Below, piece by piece: positions 12,401 to 23,000 of a DNA stretch of 64,000 bases. Source of the stretch: an uncultured bacterium (GTDB lineage: Bacteria > Verrucomicrobiota > Kiritimatiellia > RFP12 > UBA1067); assembly GCA_902780865.1 (NCBI GenBank), contig CACZHC010000048.1:2890-66889 (forward strand), written 5' to 3'. The number at the start of each line of letters is the position of its first letter. Positions within the stretch are counted from its first letter, which is position 1. A model generated the notes under the pieces. The model did not search any database. It saw only the letters and a list, made by a program, of their open reading frames with translations, and was not told where the DNA came from. Position numbers and translations under genes: made by a program.

Positions 12401-13611
12401 ACGTGGACGTCGTTGGTCGCCTCCTGCGACAGGTAGACCCTGAAACTGGTCTTGGCCGTCAGGTAGTCGTTGTCGGCGATGATCGTCGTGTCTGAGATCT
12501 CGGCGATGATGCTCGCGGGGAGCGCCTCGATGCACTTAACGGTCGCGGTCACGTAGTCGATGAGCCGGAGGTCCGGCGACGACGCCGAGTAGTTGAAGTG
12601 GTCGTACGCGCTGAGGATGAGCTCGGCCGTGGCGCCCTCGGAGCCCGGCTGGGCCTCGACGAGGAACGGAACGGGCGCGCTCGAGCCGCCTTCGAACTCG
12701 ATCTTGGCCACCTGGAACGTCTCGGTGTGCGAGGGGTCGTCGTCAACCCTCATGGTGACGGGCGAGACCGTCACGGAGCCGGAGGCCTTGACCTTGATCT
12801 TGCTCTCGTCGGAGGACCAGACGTAGAACGTGCGCTTCTCGACGGACGGCGCGGCGATTTCGAGACGCGGGCTCACGCCGCCGCCGGTGATCGTGGAGTT
12901 TTCGTGCACCGTGCGCCAGTAGTCAGTGCTTTCGTCGTCTGCGGAGAAGTCGACGGTCTTGACGTAGATTCCGCACTCCCCGAGGGAATAGTCCGAGACC
13001 GGGGCGCGGCCGATGTCGGTGACCGCACGGGTGATTCTCGCGTTGTCGGCCGTGAAGAGCCAGCCGCAGTCGTCGATCTTGTTGCTGTCCGCGTCGTAGC
13101 GGACCATTTTCCAGTTCGGGTTGAGCGGGTTGAACACGTACGCGCCGTTGTCGATCGAATCGCCCGCGGGGCCCGACACTGTCGCGAGGCGAATCGGCAT
13201 CGCGAAGTCGCCGGGCTTCGTGGTGTACTTGAAGACGAGCGCCGTCGTGAAGTTGCCCTCCTTCTTCACCGACACGAGACGTGCGTAGTCCTGCTGGCCA
13301 GAGACGTAGATGCCTATCTGCATCGGATAGAGCGCCTCGGCGATGTTCTCGGGAATGAGGCCGTCGTAGTCGAGCTGCCACAGGCTCACCGGGGCTCCGC
13401 CCGTGAACTCGCGCGCGACGAGTCTTATCTTGAAGTAGACGTCCACGCCCGAACCGAACGGATCGTCGGGTATGGTCCACGCGGCGCGGTCTACGCCGAG
13501 CTCGTTGCACGGAACGATGTCGTAGATGTCGCCTACGGCGGCCCTGGCGGAATAGCCCGCGAACAGTGCGAGGGCGGCTGTGACTGCGAGGGTAGCGATT
13601 TTCTTTTTCAT
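9286..13611 (-). CDS. Giant surface protein, N-terminal part (signal peptide, beta-rich Ig-like repeats); probably the same gene as 1..9450, interrupted by a +1 frame change near 9440-9455
   Basis: 1441-aa ORF starting MKKKIATLAVTAALALFAGYSARA (Sec signal peptide). The last 55 or so residues (LVPRLPPRPQRNEPDLERPELQRRRAGG...) look like out-of-frame text. The +1 frame reads protein-like sequence continuous with the downstream open frame. Confidence 0.8.
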   Translation of the reverse strand: MKKKIATLAVTAALALFAGYSARAAVGDIYDIVPCNELGVDRAAWTIPDDPFGSGVDVYFKIRLVAREFTGGAPVSLWQLDYDGLIPENIAEALYPMQIGIYVSGQQDYARLVSVKKEGNFTTALVFKYTTKPGDFAMPIRLATVSGPAGDSIDNGAYVFNPLNPNWKMVRYDADSNKIDDCGWLFTADNARITRAVTDIGRAPVSDYSLGECGIYVKTVDFSADDESTDYWRTVHENSTITGGGVSPRLEIAAPSVEKRTFYVWSSDESKIKVKASGSVTVSPVTMRVDDDPSHTETFQVAKIEFEGGSSAPVPFLVEAQPGSEGATAELILSAYDHFNYSASSPDLRLIDYVTATVKCIEALPASIIAEISDTTIIADNDYLTAKTSFRVYLSQEATNDVHVTLKTTFEDTTATGSWGDYVRFSTSENTVQTLPDPTEITFTIPAYSTEPKTVYVYALRGDSHTIGTGHQLKFTPYVSDEEKAAAGIQGVTAAGVWISAAKPVITTPDVTSVYEVTSGEELEINVAVEDTYADMTDVDTGYQVRIKTGSTASWQTLTERFKASGEGGELIGLTSGNPPTVKYSASGAQTSQIQVISPISGKKSEIVQFTVNVTPAKTTSATCLDPDPDNYIEGDTVHFRISLSAQNDTEEPIYAFLLCNGDMDASMFGGTGAKAILTDATAAAPGSIGLTISEVGSFVNGSFTVLDGLSADDAGQNYTFSVVLSKTKEYTGVRMPGYATTEMLNITVYNKEPNFVTVSLNGFEADGDGYTFSNQYPKGQDQTIQPEFDDVSYDLKHGFTYKWTAYRDGQAVVNGTVEHDTTGTVTTPTTTANAARTVFTTVVPDGMNINECPIVYNFPRAGTWTVKIQMKDKDMTRFSAVTYSISFVVLSNPTITITADSSYDEFLPPGTRAKFDVGLGYFDSDEDIVVKLTVTPPEGVNPGALVLANEFKTVPAGYPALAANEYYISFDSAQTISVDIDSMDGTRLSSSKGFTVKAEVVSDGISSDPTMTWAEYYTPHETKIYINNMTPEFGYVTDENTNAWNVAGGAADSYPISWEIRNDVDYDFTTVWPSGEGPGIKVSFKGCENETTFYVTDTDEWSGTFVPNFGSRQKEQTVVLTIQDKDGGIQTWTYMYFIRPSKFLTTIPNGPTGFGNSELSKKYSRTALKGGRGEGHLYVPGATFSDGTYWRLRWNCSSASTVDVFAWGYRVGDFDNGWLDNGMDLALDETGSGTTKAATADTTAGFYPYPDATKDSFLYAWLISNPQTESGPPEWTLTLAPEQPSARAEPATAYLPTATTEDESYIPVYAEAVFAKEWQPEDNLGDINQDGIPDYFAIATWGNGIDSLITTMTGGDKTEADLTDLAAGNPDDDYIPGVWQAQGKLNLVPRLPPRPQRNEPDLERPELQRRRAGGVQGGFQGREQSRLDRCRRLRPRFLEP

Positions 13612-13614
13612 GGT

Positions 13615-14061
13615 TTATTCACCCTTCTCTTTCGAAGCTTCCTGTTTGGCCTTTATTGCGGCGTTCTCCTGCTCTATGCGGTCGCGGACGAGCGTCTGCG
13701 CCTTTATGCGGTTCTTCTGAAATGCCTCTTTCGCGGCGGCCATCTTCGCCTGCGCCGCCTTGAACTCCTCGGAGTCCTCGCCCTTCTCCTTCGCCTGCTC
13801 GAGCGCGGCCTGGGCCTCGCCGAGCATCCTGGCGACGCTCTTCTGCTCCTTCTTGAGGGCGTCGAGCTCCTTGAGGTACGCGGGGTCGTGCATGCGCGCA
13901 TAGCGCGTGTCGTAGGGATCGGCGGGCTTCTCCGGCCCTGCGCCCCAGCGGGAGCGCAGGCACACGGCGGTCACCGCCGCGATCGCGAGAAGCGCGACTC
14001 CAATCACGACGGGCAGAAGCCATTTGGGCTTTCTCGACTCTGCTGCGTTCTCAATCGCCAT
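13615..14061 (-). CDS. Small single-pass membrane protein with long coiled-coil tail, sandwiched between the two giant genes
   Basis: 148-aa ORF. TM helix WLLPVVIGVALLAIAAVTAVCL is followed by a K/E/A-rich heptad-like sequence (LKELDALKKEQKSVARMLGEAQAALEQAKEKGEDSEEFKAAQAKMAAAKEAFQKNRIKAQ). Its start overlaps the stop of the upstream gene by 11 nt. Its stop lies 3 nt before the next ATG. Confidence 0.75.
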   Translation of the reverse strand: MAIENAAESRKPKWLLPVVIGVALLAIAAVTAVCLRSRWGAGPEKPADPYDTRYARMHDPAYLKELDALKKEQKSVARMLGEAQAALEQAKEKGEDSEEFKAAQAKMAAAKEAFQKNRIKAQTLVRDRIEQENAAIKAKQEASKEKGE

Positions 14062-17000
14062 AGTAGTTGTCCTCCTGCAGCTGCTCCACGCCGATCGGGG
14101 GCAGGCGCGTGTCTATCATCCAGAAGAATACGACGGGGCAGTAGCCGTTCTTGTCCCACCAGCGCTTCCAGCCGGCGTTGTAGCCGACCGACAGCGGCGA
14201 ATACGGGTCGTACACCTCGATCTTCGAAAGCCCTTCCGCGCTGAACGAGTTCGCGTTGAACACGAAGTGCCTCAAGGGAACCTTGTTGTCGGCGACGTAG
14301 AACGACGTGGCACTGTTCATCAGCATGCCGGTGATCTTGAACGTCACGCTCTCCCACTCGCCCGTGGAGGCGACGTACTCCTGCGAGTTCTCGCCCGGGC
14401 TGACGCCGCGCAGGACGTAGGGCGTCCAGTGCGTCGTGAAGTCGTGCGCGCCGCGCGGATGCGTCGGCGCCGCGACGGTCTCGTTCTCGTTGGAGATCAT
14501 CATGTAGACGTACAGGCGCCTGTTCGTCAAGACGAGCGAGCTTTCGCCCATTGCCTTCGTCACGATGTGCTCTATCCCGTTGGGATCGAAAGTCGTGCCG
14601 GCGAGAAGCGAGAGCTTGCCGACCGTCGGGTCCATGTCGAGCCAGTACATCTCCCTGAGCGTCAGGTTCGTCATGACCGCGCCGCTCCACCACGAACGGT
14701 GGGTCGCAAGCCTGATCTCGCCCGACGCCACGTCCTCGAACGGATTGCCATAGAGGTCCGTGCCGCCCTCGAGCCAGTCGATGATCGCGTCGCGATATGG
14801 ATCGTCCTCGGGAACGCCCCAGTCGGTGCCGAACTTCGGGTTGAGCGCGGCCGAGGCCACCACCGTCACGTTGTTCGACACGCCCTTCGCGACGCCGGAG
14901 AGCGTGTACTCGAAGGGCTGCGTGGCCTTCGTCTGCTGCACCTGGTCGACGAGCGAGACGGAGCCGGTCCTCACGTTGTCGAGGACATACCACGGGTCGA
15001 CCCTGTAGATGACGTTCGTGCCGACGGGGTTGTTCTTCGTCACGATCGCGGAGAACATGCCGTTCGTGAAGTTGCTGCCGTCAAGGGACTGCTCTATGTG
15101 GTCGCCGGTGACGGTAAAGTACACGAGCACCTCCTCGCCCGCAGGCACGGGATGGTTGGGGTCGATGACCTGCCCGATGTTGTGGTGGCCGGGCGTCATC
15201 TTGACGACGGTCTTCCAGTCGTTCGTCGGGTGGTTCCAGTCGTCCGGAGCGATCGTCATGCCGCAGCGCCCGAAGTGCTGCGTCACGCTGAGCGAGTTGG
15301 CGGGGCCGCCGAAATCGTAGCCCGCCATGACGATTTCGCTGTCGGGCATCCTCGCCGCCATCCAGTCGCGCATCTCGCCGAGATAGCCGGGGTTCTCGAT
15401 CTCAAGCGACTCGAGGTAGTTCGTGCCCTGGACGATGATCTCGTGCTCGACGATGCCGCTCGTGCGGACGAGCTGGAAGACAATTGGGTCGTAGTAGCTG
15501 ACGACGCCGTCGGAAGTGAATACCAGCGTCGGGTTGTCGACCTTCCAAACGCCGTCAAGCGTGCCGTCCGACTTCTTAAGCCGTCCGCTCGACCGCGACA
15601 GCGGGCTGCCGATCACCCGGAAGACCATGTTCACCTCGGCGTCCTCGGCCGGCAGCTGCTTGGTGCCCGAGAGACCGTCTCTGCCGAACCTCGCGAGGTC
15701 GTTCGTGATGACCCAGTTGTTCCCCATCTGGCCCTCAAGAAGGCGCACGGTCCAGCCCGAGACGTCGGCTTCCGGCGGATGGGCGATCTCGATGAACTGG
15801 CAGTCCTCGTCGGTGTTGCGCCACTTGACGAAGTCGCCGAAGAGATTGACCTCGTTGATCCACGCCCAGCCCGGGGCGATGTTGTCGAGGATGTTGTACG
15901 CCGCGAAGTCTCCGCTTCCGCCGTACTGTGCGTTGAGGTCGAGCGGACGGTACCATTCGGGGATCTTCCAGTCGGAGCTGTTGAGCCAGTTGGTCACCGG
16001 TACTGTCGGGTTCTCCTTCGTGTAGAAGACAACCTCGAGCGTGTACTGGACGTACGACGGCGCGGCGAGCGACATCGGGATGACGGCGTCGGGGCTCGTG
16101 CGCATGGTCGAGCGGTAGACGAAGCGGTCCTCGTCCGTCTCGATTGCGCGGGAGAGCCAGGCAGAATGGGCGGAGGGGCTGTCCTTCCAGTTCTCGTAGC
16201 CCCACGGCGCGATGCCGTCGAACCAGTGCAGCTTGACGCGCGGCGTATGGGTGAAGTCGATGTCCGAGGCGAGCTGGGCGCCGTAGATCTCGCACTGCAC
16301 GCCCCACGCCTCCTCGCAGATCGGCTGCTCGTCGCGGCTCGGGACGTTCGGCACCACGCCGAGGCCCGACATGTCGTGCCTGAAGCAGCCTACGTGCTTG
16401 AAGCCCATGATGGCGTTGACCGCTTCGCTCACGAACATCTCGTCGAGGAGCACGCGCGGCGGCGGGTCGTTCGCGCCCGCGGGAAGCCCGTTGCCGCCGC
16501 CGTCGGAATCCTCGACTACGCCTTCAACGCCCGCTACGGCAAGGCGGAACGACTTGTACTTCGGGTCCATCTTGGCGCGGTACGTCTCGTACCAGGCGTT
16601 CGACACCATGAACACCGCGCCGTCGATCCTCTCCCACTTGCCCTCGTCGGTCTCCGTGGCGTTGCGCGAGCCGTAGAGCGTGACCGTGGCCGTCGGGTCG
16701 GCCTCGCTGTACTTCCTCGCCTTGAACACGACCTCACCGACGATGTTGGAGGTGAACGTCGGCGTCTGGACGAACGGCTTGTGCTGGATGTACGACTCGC
16801 GGTCGGCGACGTCGATCCTGGAGATGCTGTAGTTCTCGTCGACCGAGTTGTTGATCGCCAAGGAGAGGCCCGAGCCGCCCGCCTCGGTCGAGAAGTCGTC
16901 GAGGAACATCATCTTCTCCGAGTCCTGGTCTCCGCCGACGGTGCGGATGTTCCAGCCCCACCAGCTGTGGACGTCTACCGGCGGCTCGTCGCTGCACGTT

Positions 17001-20000
17001 ATCGACGTAATCGTGACGTCGCCGAACTTCGACGTGTCGGTGATGTTTCTCACGGCGAGTATGGTGTTTGTCGGCACCATCAGGCGCATCGCGCCCTTGA
17101 CGTCGTGGAGACCGATGTAGGTGTTCAGAATGCCCTTCTTGCGCTGGGCGGGAGTCATCGCCGCGAAGTTGAAGTTGGTGATCGTCGTCCAGATTTTATC
17201 GCTGAACGACTTGTCGTAGCCGCCGATGGTGGTGTAGTCTACGCCATTCGTCGCGATCTGCAGCGCGAGGACGGCGTTCTCCTGGGCGTTCTCGTAGGCG
17301 ACGGAGATCATGCCGAGGCCGATGCCGCGAATATAGCCGGTGCCGTGCGAGCCGTCATCGGCGAAGCCGTCCATCAGCGGCGAGCGGATGGCGCTCGGAG
17401 TCTCGAAACCGGCGCGCTTGGCGCTCAGGAGGATCGTGTGGTTAGTGGTCCAGGCCGAGGTGAAGACGAAGTTGGTGTGGCCTACCGCCTTGTTGCGGTG
17501 CTGGTCGTCGGCCCATTCGGGGAGAATCGGCCACACGTCGGGGTCGTCCCAGTTTCCGCCGCGCCACGGCTTCAGCACCACCGAGTCTACGGCGATGTCG
17601 CGGCGCGTCGACGACGTCGTGCCGCCGACGCCGAAGCGGATGGAGCAGTTCTCCGTCTTGTAGATCGGCACGACAAAGCGGTCGCCGCCGAAGTTGTTGA
17701 CGGTTACGGTCTTGTCGGGCGCCTTCAAATTCCAGTCGGCCCTGCCGGGCGTGCCGAAGTATATGGAAAGCGTCTGCGGCACAGGCGCCGCGACGACACC
17801 GCACGCAAATTCGGTCACGTTCGTCGTCGCCATCCGCCCGGGGAGTATGTTCCAGTTGGTGTCATCCGTCCCGAAGCCCTGCGTCCGCAAGACAAGCCCG
17901 GCTGGGGCCGTGCGGGCCTTCTGGGTATAGTAGCCCGCTTTTCCGTCTGCGAGCTTAAGCTCGTCTGCAGCCGTGAAGACGACGTTAGGCGAGTACTGCG
18001 GCTTGCCAAAGAAGCCCTCGCAATTCGTCGCAAGAACGCCGAACGTTCCGCTCTTCAGGCGTTGGGTCGAATTGTCGTTGCAGGCGACGATGTTCCACGT
18101 GTTGCCCGAGGGGAAGGTGTTCTCCCTGAGGTTCTGATGTGTCATGCAGACGCCAGCCGCCACCCACGTGCGCGAGTTGGCGTTCGAAACGGTTATGTAG
18201 AACGGCATGAACGTCTGCGCCTCGTTAAGCGCATTCGGCGCGGCCATCGCGAACGCGGCGTTCGCGTTGTTGACACCGTTCGTCCACGCCGTGAGCAGCG
18301 TCGCATTCTTGCCTTCGCTCGTGAAGTTCCAGCGGTAGAGGCAGAGGCGCTGCCCGCCCTTCTTCTGGTTGTTCGGGTTGCTTATCCACTCCCAGCGCGC
18401 CTCGTAGCACCCCTTGTTCGGCAGATATGCCGCGATCATGGAGAGCGAGGCGTTGCCGGTGAACTTGTTTTGCTTGAAATCGTACGCGACGCGTGAGATG
18501 AACGTGTAGTTCGTCATCGACGTCTTCACGTCGCCGTCGTAGTAGTTGAAGTCCTCGAAGGTAATGAACTGCGCGAGGCGGGCGTTGAACTCGACCGACT
18601 CGACGCCGCGCGGAGCGGAGTCCTTGTCAATTAGCTGGAAGAAGCCCTTGCCCTGGCCCTCCATCTGCAAGCCAACGCCCGCGTCGGCGCCCGAGGAGAT
18701 CATGTACTTCTTCGCGACCCACATTCCAGGACCTACGTCCCAGAGGCCGTTCTGGTCGCTTACGAACGGCTCGTATGCCGTGCGGCCGTACATGTGGCTT
18801 GGCTGGATGTCTGTAAGCCCAGTCGGGAACGTCCACGACTCGTTCGTAGCCGCCATCGATCCCCAGTTGGCGAAATCCTCGCCGAACGTCTGCTTCGAAG
18901 GCGACACGCCGATCTTGTACTCGTTCGTGGTCGACGTGCCGACGAAGATCGGCCCGCGGCCCTGCGAGTCCTTGCGCGCGAGCGCGTCGCTCCAGCCGTT
19001 CGCGTTCTGGTAGTCGGCGTGCACGACCGTAAGCGCCATGGAAGACTTCTCGGTGTCGTCGATCTGGAACATCACGTACCCGGTCGTCGCGTCTAAGGTA
19101 AGCTTCGACCAGCTGCCCTCGCCGCCGGGCACAAGCGCCTCGCTGACGGGGAATCGGGGATTGTCCACGGTGCAGTACCAGAAGTTCGTCTTCTCGGCAT
19201 ATTCGGCAAACGCCGTCGTCTGCTCGTCCATGGCCTCGATGCGGTATTGTATCTCGCCCGTCTGGTTCTCCTTCGTCTGTACGAAGCCGCGCCAGACGTG
19301 GTTTTCGGCAAGCGCCATGTGGACGCGCTCTTCCGCGGCGGAACTGCCGCGCCGGAAGACGATGTCGAGCCCTGCGTAGTCGCTCTTCCCGTCGCGGATG
19401 CGGAAATACCAGTCGCTGCCGCCACTCGCGATTGACGCGTCGCCGAGGCGGTTGGTGAGAACGCCGCGCTCTTCGGTGTAGTCTATCGAGGCATTTGCGG
19501 CGCCTGAGTAGTCGACGTACTTGTAGTACGGCGCTTGGAGCTGGTATTCAAACCAGTATTCGACGTCGCCGGGGCGGCTTGGGAGCTCAAGCGGCCTTAT
19601 CGACTTGAAGTCGTCGTCCGGGTTCAGGTCAATTTCCTTCCATGCAGAAACCGGTTGGCTCAGCGTTTGGTTGAGGTAGCGCCAGCGGTAGTGCATCGTC
19701 GCAGAGGAGAAGAACTTAGTCGTGTCGGGCGTGGAGCCGTCGCCGACATTAAGGGTGAATTCCGGCTTTGCGTATGCCACTATGTTGGTGGTGTCGCCAA
19801 TAGAAGGATACGGTACGCTCGTCGCAAGCTCCCAGCCAAGAGTCTGCGTGCCTGTCTTCTCCGCGTCGTAGTGGCCCGCCGAGACAAGGTCGGCGCTCAT
19901 CGCAGGAATCGACGCGATTATATTGTCAAGAAGGATAAAAGAGGAAACATCTGGGAATCGATTAGGATCCGCCGTCGTACGGCGAATTCGGAATCGCACG

Positions 20001-23000
20001 GGGCCGGGGATATCAATCGGAACGACGACGCGGAAGAAGTTGTCCATAGTGCCGCCATTCTCAACGTCAAGCGCAAGTTCTTCTGTCTTTTCGCCCTTCT
20101 CGAAATTCGCTGTGCCATCGCGCTTAAAGGGAATCATTGAAACAGGCGTCCAGCAGCCATCAAGCCGACCATACCAGTTCGTAGAAATGATTTCCACCTC
20201 TTCGACGTAATTTGTCTCGATGGTGAAGGAGTTGTCGTCCATCGGCACAAGCCCTTCGACAGTATTTGTCGAGATTTCGACGACAATCTTGTAATTGTCG
20301 TAGTCCTCATTGCTGCGACACCAACCATTCACTGCATCGAAGTAAATTGTTCCAATACCATTGGTAAAGCAAGAAGAATAGACTGCCGCATTTTCGATAT
20401 TGCGCATTACAATCTGGCCAGCGAGATTTTGCTTAATCGAAGACGTTCGCGACAAGAAACTCTTAGATGTCGAGGAATAAGGCAAATAGTTTTGATTGGC
20501 AACAAGATTGCCGCTGGCAACCCCGGCGGGGAATGTATTGCCGTGCCGACAATCTACAATTCGCCACAACGTTCTCTCGCCGCCTTTTGTTTTCAGAACG
20601 CTCTCCGTACCAAGCTGGAGGTTGAACGGCAAAGTCTCACTATAAGGATCGCTCTCTGCATTGATATGCGTCCAGTACGTATTAAGCGTGTCGCGGTTGT
20701 CTTTATAGCCTTGGTAGTCAATTGGGCACTTTGTATTCGTATCGCGATTCATCAGGAGAACGCGCCCAGAATCACCATTAGTACCGCCAATTTTAGTATA
20801 CGGCTTCCCTTCGATGACATGCAGGTCAATAAGGTAGTCGACTGGCGTGACGTTTTCGGTCTCGGTCGCGAGGAAGTGGATTCGGTACAAACCCGTCTCG
20901 GTGATGTCGGCCGTGCTTTCGAACGTCTTCGTCGGATCGTACACAGAGTAGATGACGTTGGTGACACCGCCGTAGAGAACCGCAGGCGTATTGGTAATCG
21001 TTCCCGCCGCCTCGTTAACATCCCAGGTCGTCTTGTCCATCTTCGGCGTATCAAGCCAGATGTTCAACCTTAGCCCATCGCGCAGAACTACGGAGTTCGT
21101 AGAGAAGTCAGGATCGCTCAGTATCTCGTATTCGGCCTTGATGCGATCGTCTGTCGGGATGTTCGGGCCGATGCGGCACTCGTCATACGCGCCATTGAGC
21201 GACCATTCGTTGGGAGAGCTGCCCTGCGCACCAAACGCCAATGCACGCGCACCATTAGAAACTGCAGTTATCGAGCCGCTCCCGATCTTTCGCCCATTGG
21301 AATAGACCGTAGCTGTCGTGCCATTGTAAACAAACACCAGATACACCCAACCTTCGTACATATCGTCTACAGCGCCCGATAGCGTAAAGGAAGAGCTGCC
21401 ATTGCCGCGGACGAGAAGTACCGTAGACGAACCATTCGCGGTCTCTATGCTCCAGCCATCGTTGCTGTTGCCGTTGTTCTTTGTGCCGGCAAGCCGTGGA
21501 TAATTTCCCCTGGCGTTCATCTTGAAGAAGCCAGAAAATGTAAACACGCTGCCTGTCGAGAACGACTTGGATGTCTGAAGGCGGTTTCCGTTCTGGACGC
21601 TTGCCACAGAGCTATTCATGCGGCCATTGCCAATTACGCCGTCAACGGAAACCATCTGGTTGAGATTGGCCGATGAGGCACCGCCTTTTTGGGGCGTGGC
21701 GTAGTTTTTCTGGGCGGTGGAGTCGTTTGACCTTGCAGAAGCTGCCTGTGCCGCCGGAATCTCCTCGTCCATGTGCCAGACGCCGGTATAGTCGCTCCAG
21801 ACCTCGGTCGGCTCGTTGGCGACGGGCGGCTCGGCATCGGGGCGGATGTTCCAGTACATCGTGACCGTCATTCCGGTCGGCGGCAAAGTTGCGAGCTTAA
21901 GCCAGACAATCGACTCACCGGTCGTGTTCCAGGTAGCGGCTTCGTAAGGGAGGATCTCGCCGTTGGAGTCAACAAAGAGCATTCCGCTCCCGTCCTGGCC
22001 CGCGAGCGAGTAGTCGAAGCCGGGCATGCGCGCGGTCGATATTTTTACCGGCAGGGGGATGTTTGTCACCGTTTCCGTCGCGCCCGAACGCGCCTTGAAG
22101 TAGATCTCCACAGAGTCGTGGTAGATACGTGCGGGGTCATCCCACATGTCGAACGAAGCCGTCCGAGTAGCCGCCGCCCAGCTTGGCGTTTCGTCAATCG
22201 TGGCGCGGATAATCCATGTGCCCGCCTTGTCGATTGCCGTCACGTCGTTAGTCCATGTCTCGACCGCCGACGCAGTTTCACCGAAACCATATTCATACCT
22301 GACTGTATCAAGGCCGTAGTTCGCGGCGATAAGTATCTCGTTCGGCGTGCCGCCAACGCGCCAGCCCTTAAGCGAAAGCGCCGTAATTGCATTGGCCGCC
22401 GCTCCAATAGTCCACTCACCTGAATACGGTTCAGCAGTCACGGGGTCGACATCCCAGACATAGTTCTCGGCCTCATCATTGCCAAGAAGCGAGAACGTGA
22501 AGGAATGCGCACCGCCATCGGTGGCGTTCGTGACGCCGGCGGTTAGCGCATACCGCGCGTAGTCGAGAGCGGCGAAGCCCTGTTTTTCGGTGCCGTCGTA
22601 GACAAGATCTGTCCTGGGCTCGGGCTTCGCGACTTTAATCGGAGAAATCGTCCACGAACCGTCAAATGGCTCTATCGTGTTGTCGGACCACGCCGTATTA
22701 ACCGTATCGTCCAACGACACTGAAAATGTATACGTCCCCGCGTTCGTCGCATTCGTAACGCTCGATGTGTCGAATGTGCAGTATTCGAGGAAATCATCGC
22801 CGTATGTAACACCGACTTTGGCCGTACCATCGTAAGTGAAGTCTGCCGTTGTCGGCTTTTCTATCGTCCGCTTAACGATCGACCAGTTGACGGTCTTCTC
22901 GCCAGTACCGCCACCAACCCACTCAAGATCGGGGCCAGGCGTTACCTTGAACGAGTAATTGCCGACAGCAGTAGCGTTCGTATCGCCGCTACCATCTACA

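Noticed and set aside
8815-14244. Plus-strand ORFs 8815..10605, 11152..12267 and 12598..14244
   Set aside because: They are antisense to the signal-peptide-bearing 1441-aa gene and to the 148-aa gene. Their composition is R/V/G-rich and they have no motifs.
14024-18496. Plus-strand 1490-aa ORF
   Set aside because: It is antisense to the 3381-aa minus-strand gene, which has clear domain content. It is shadow-ORF composition.
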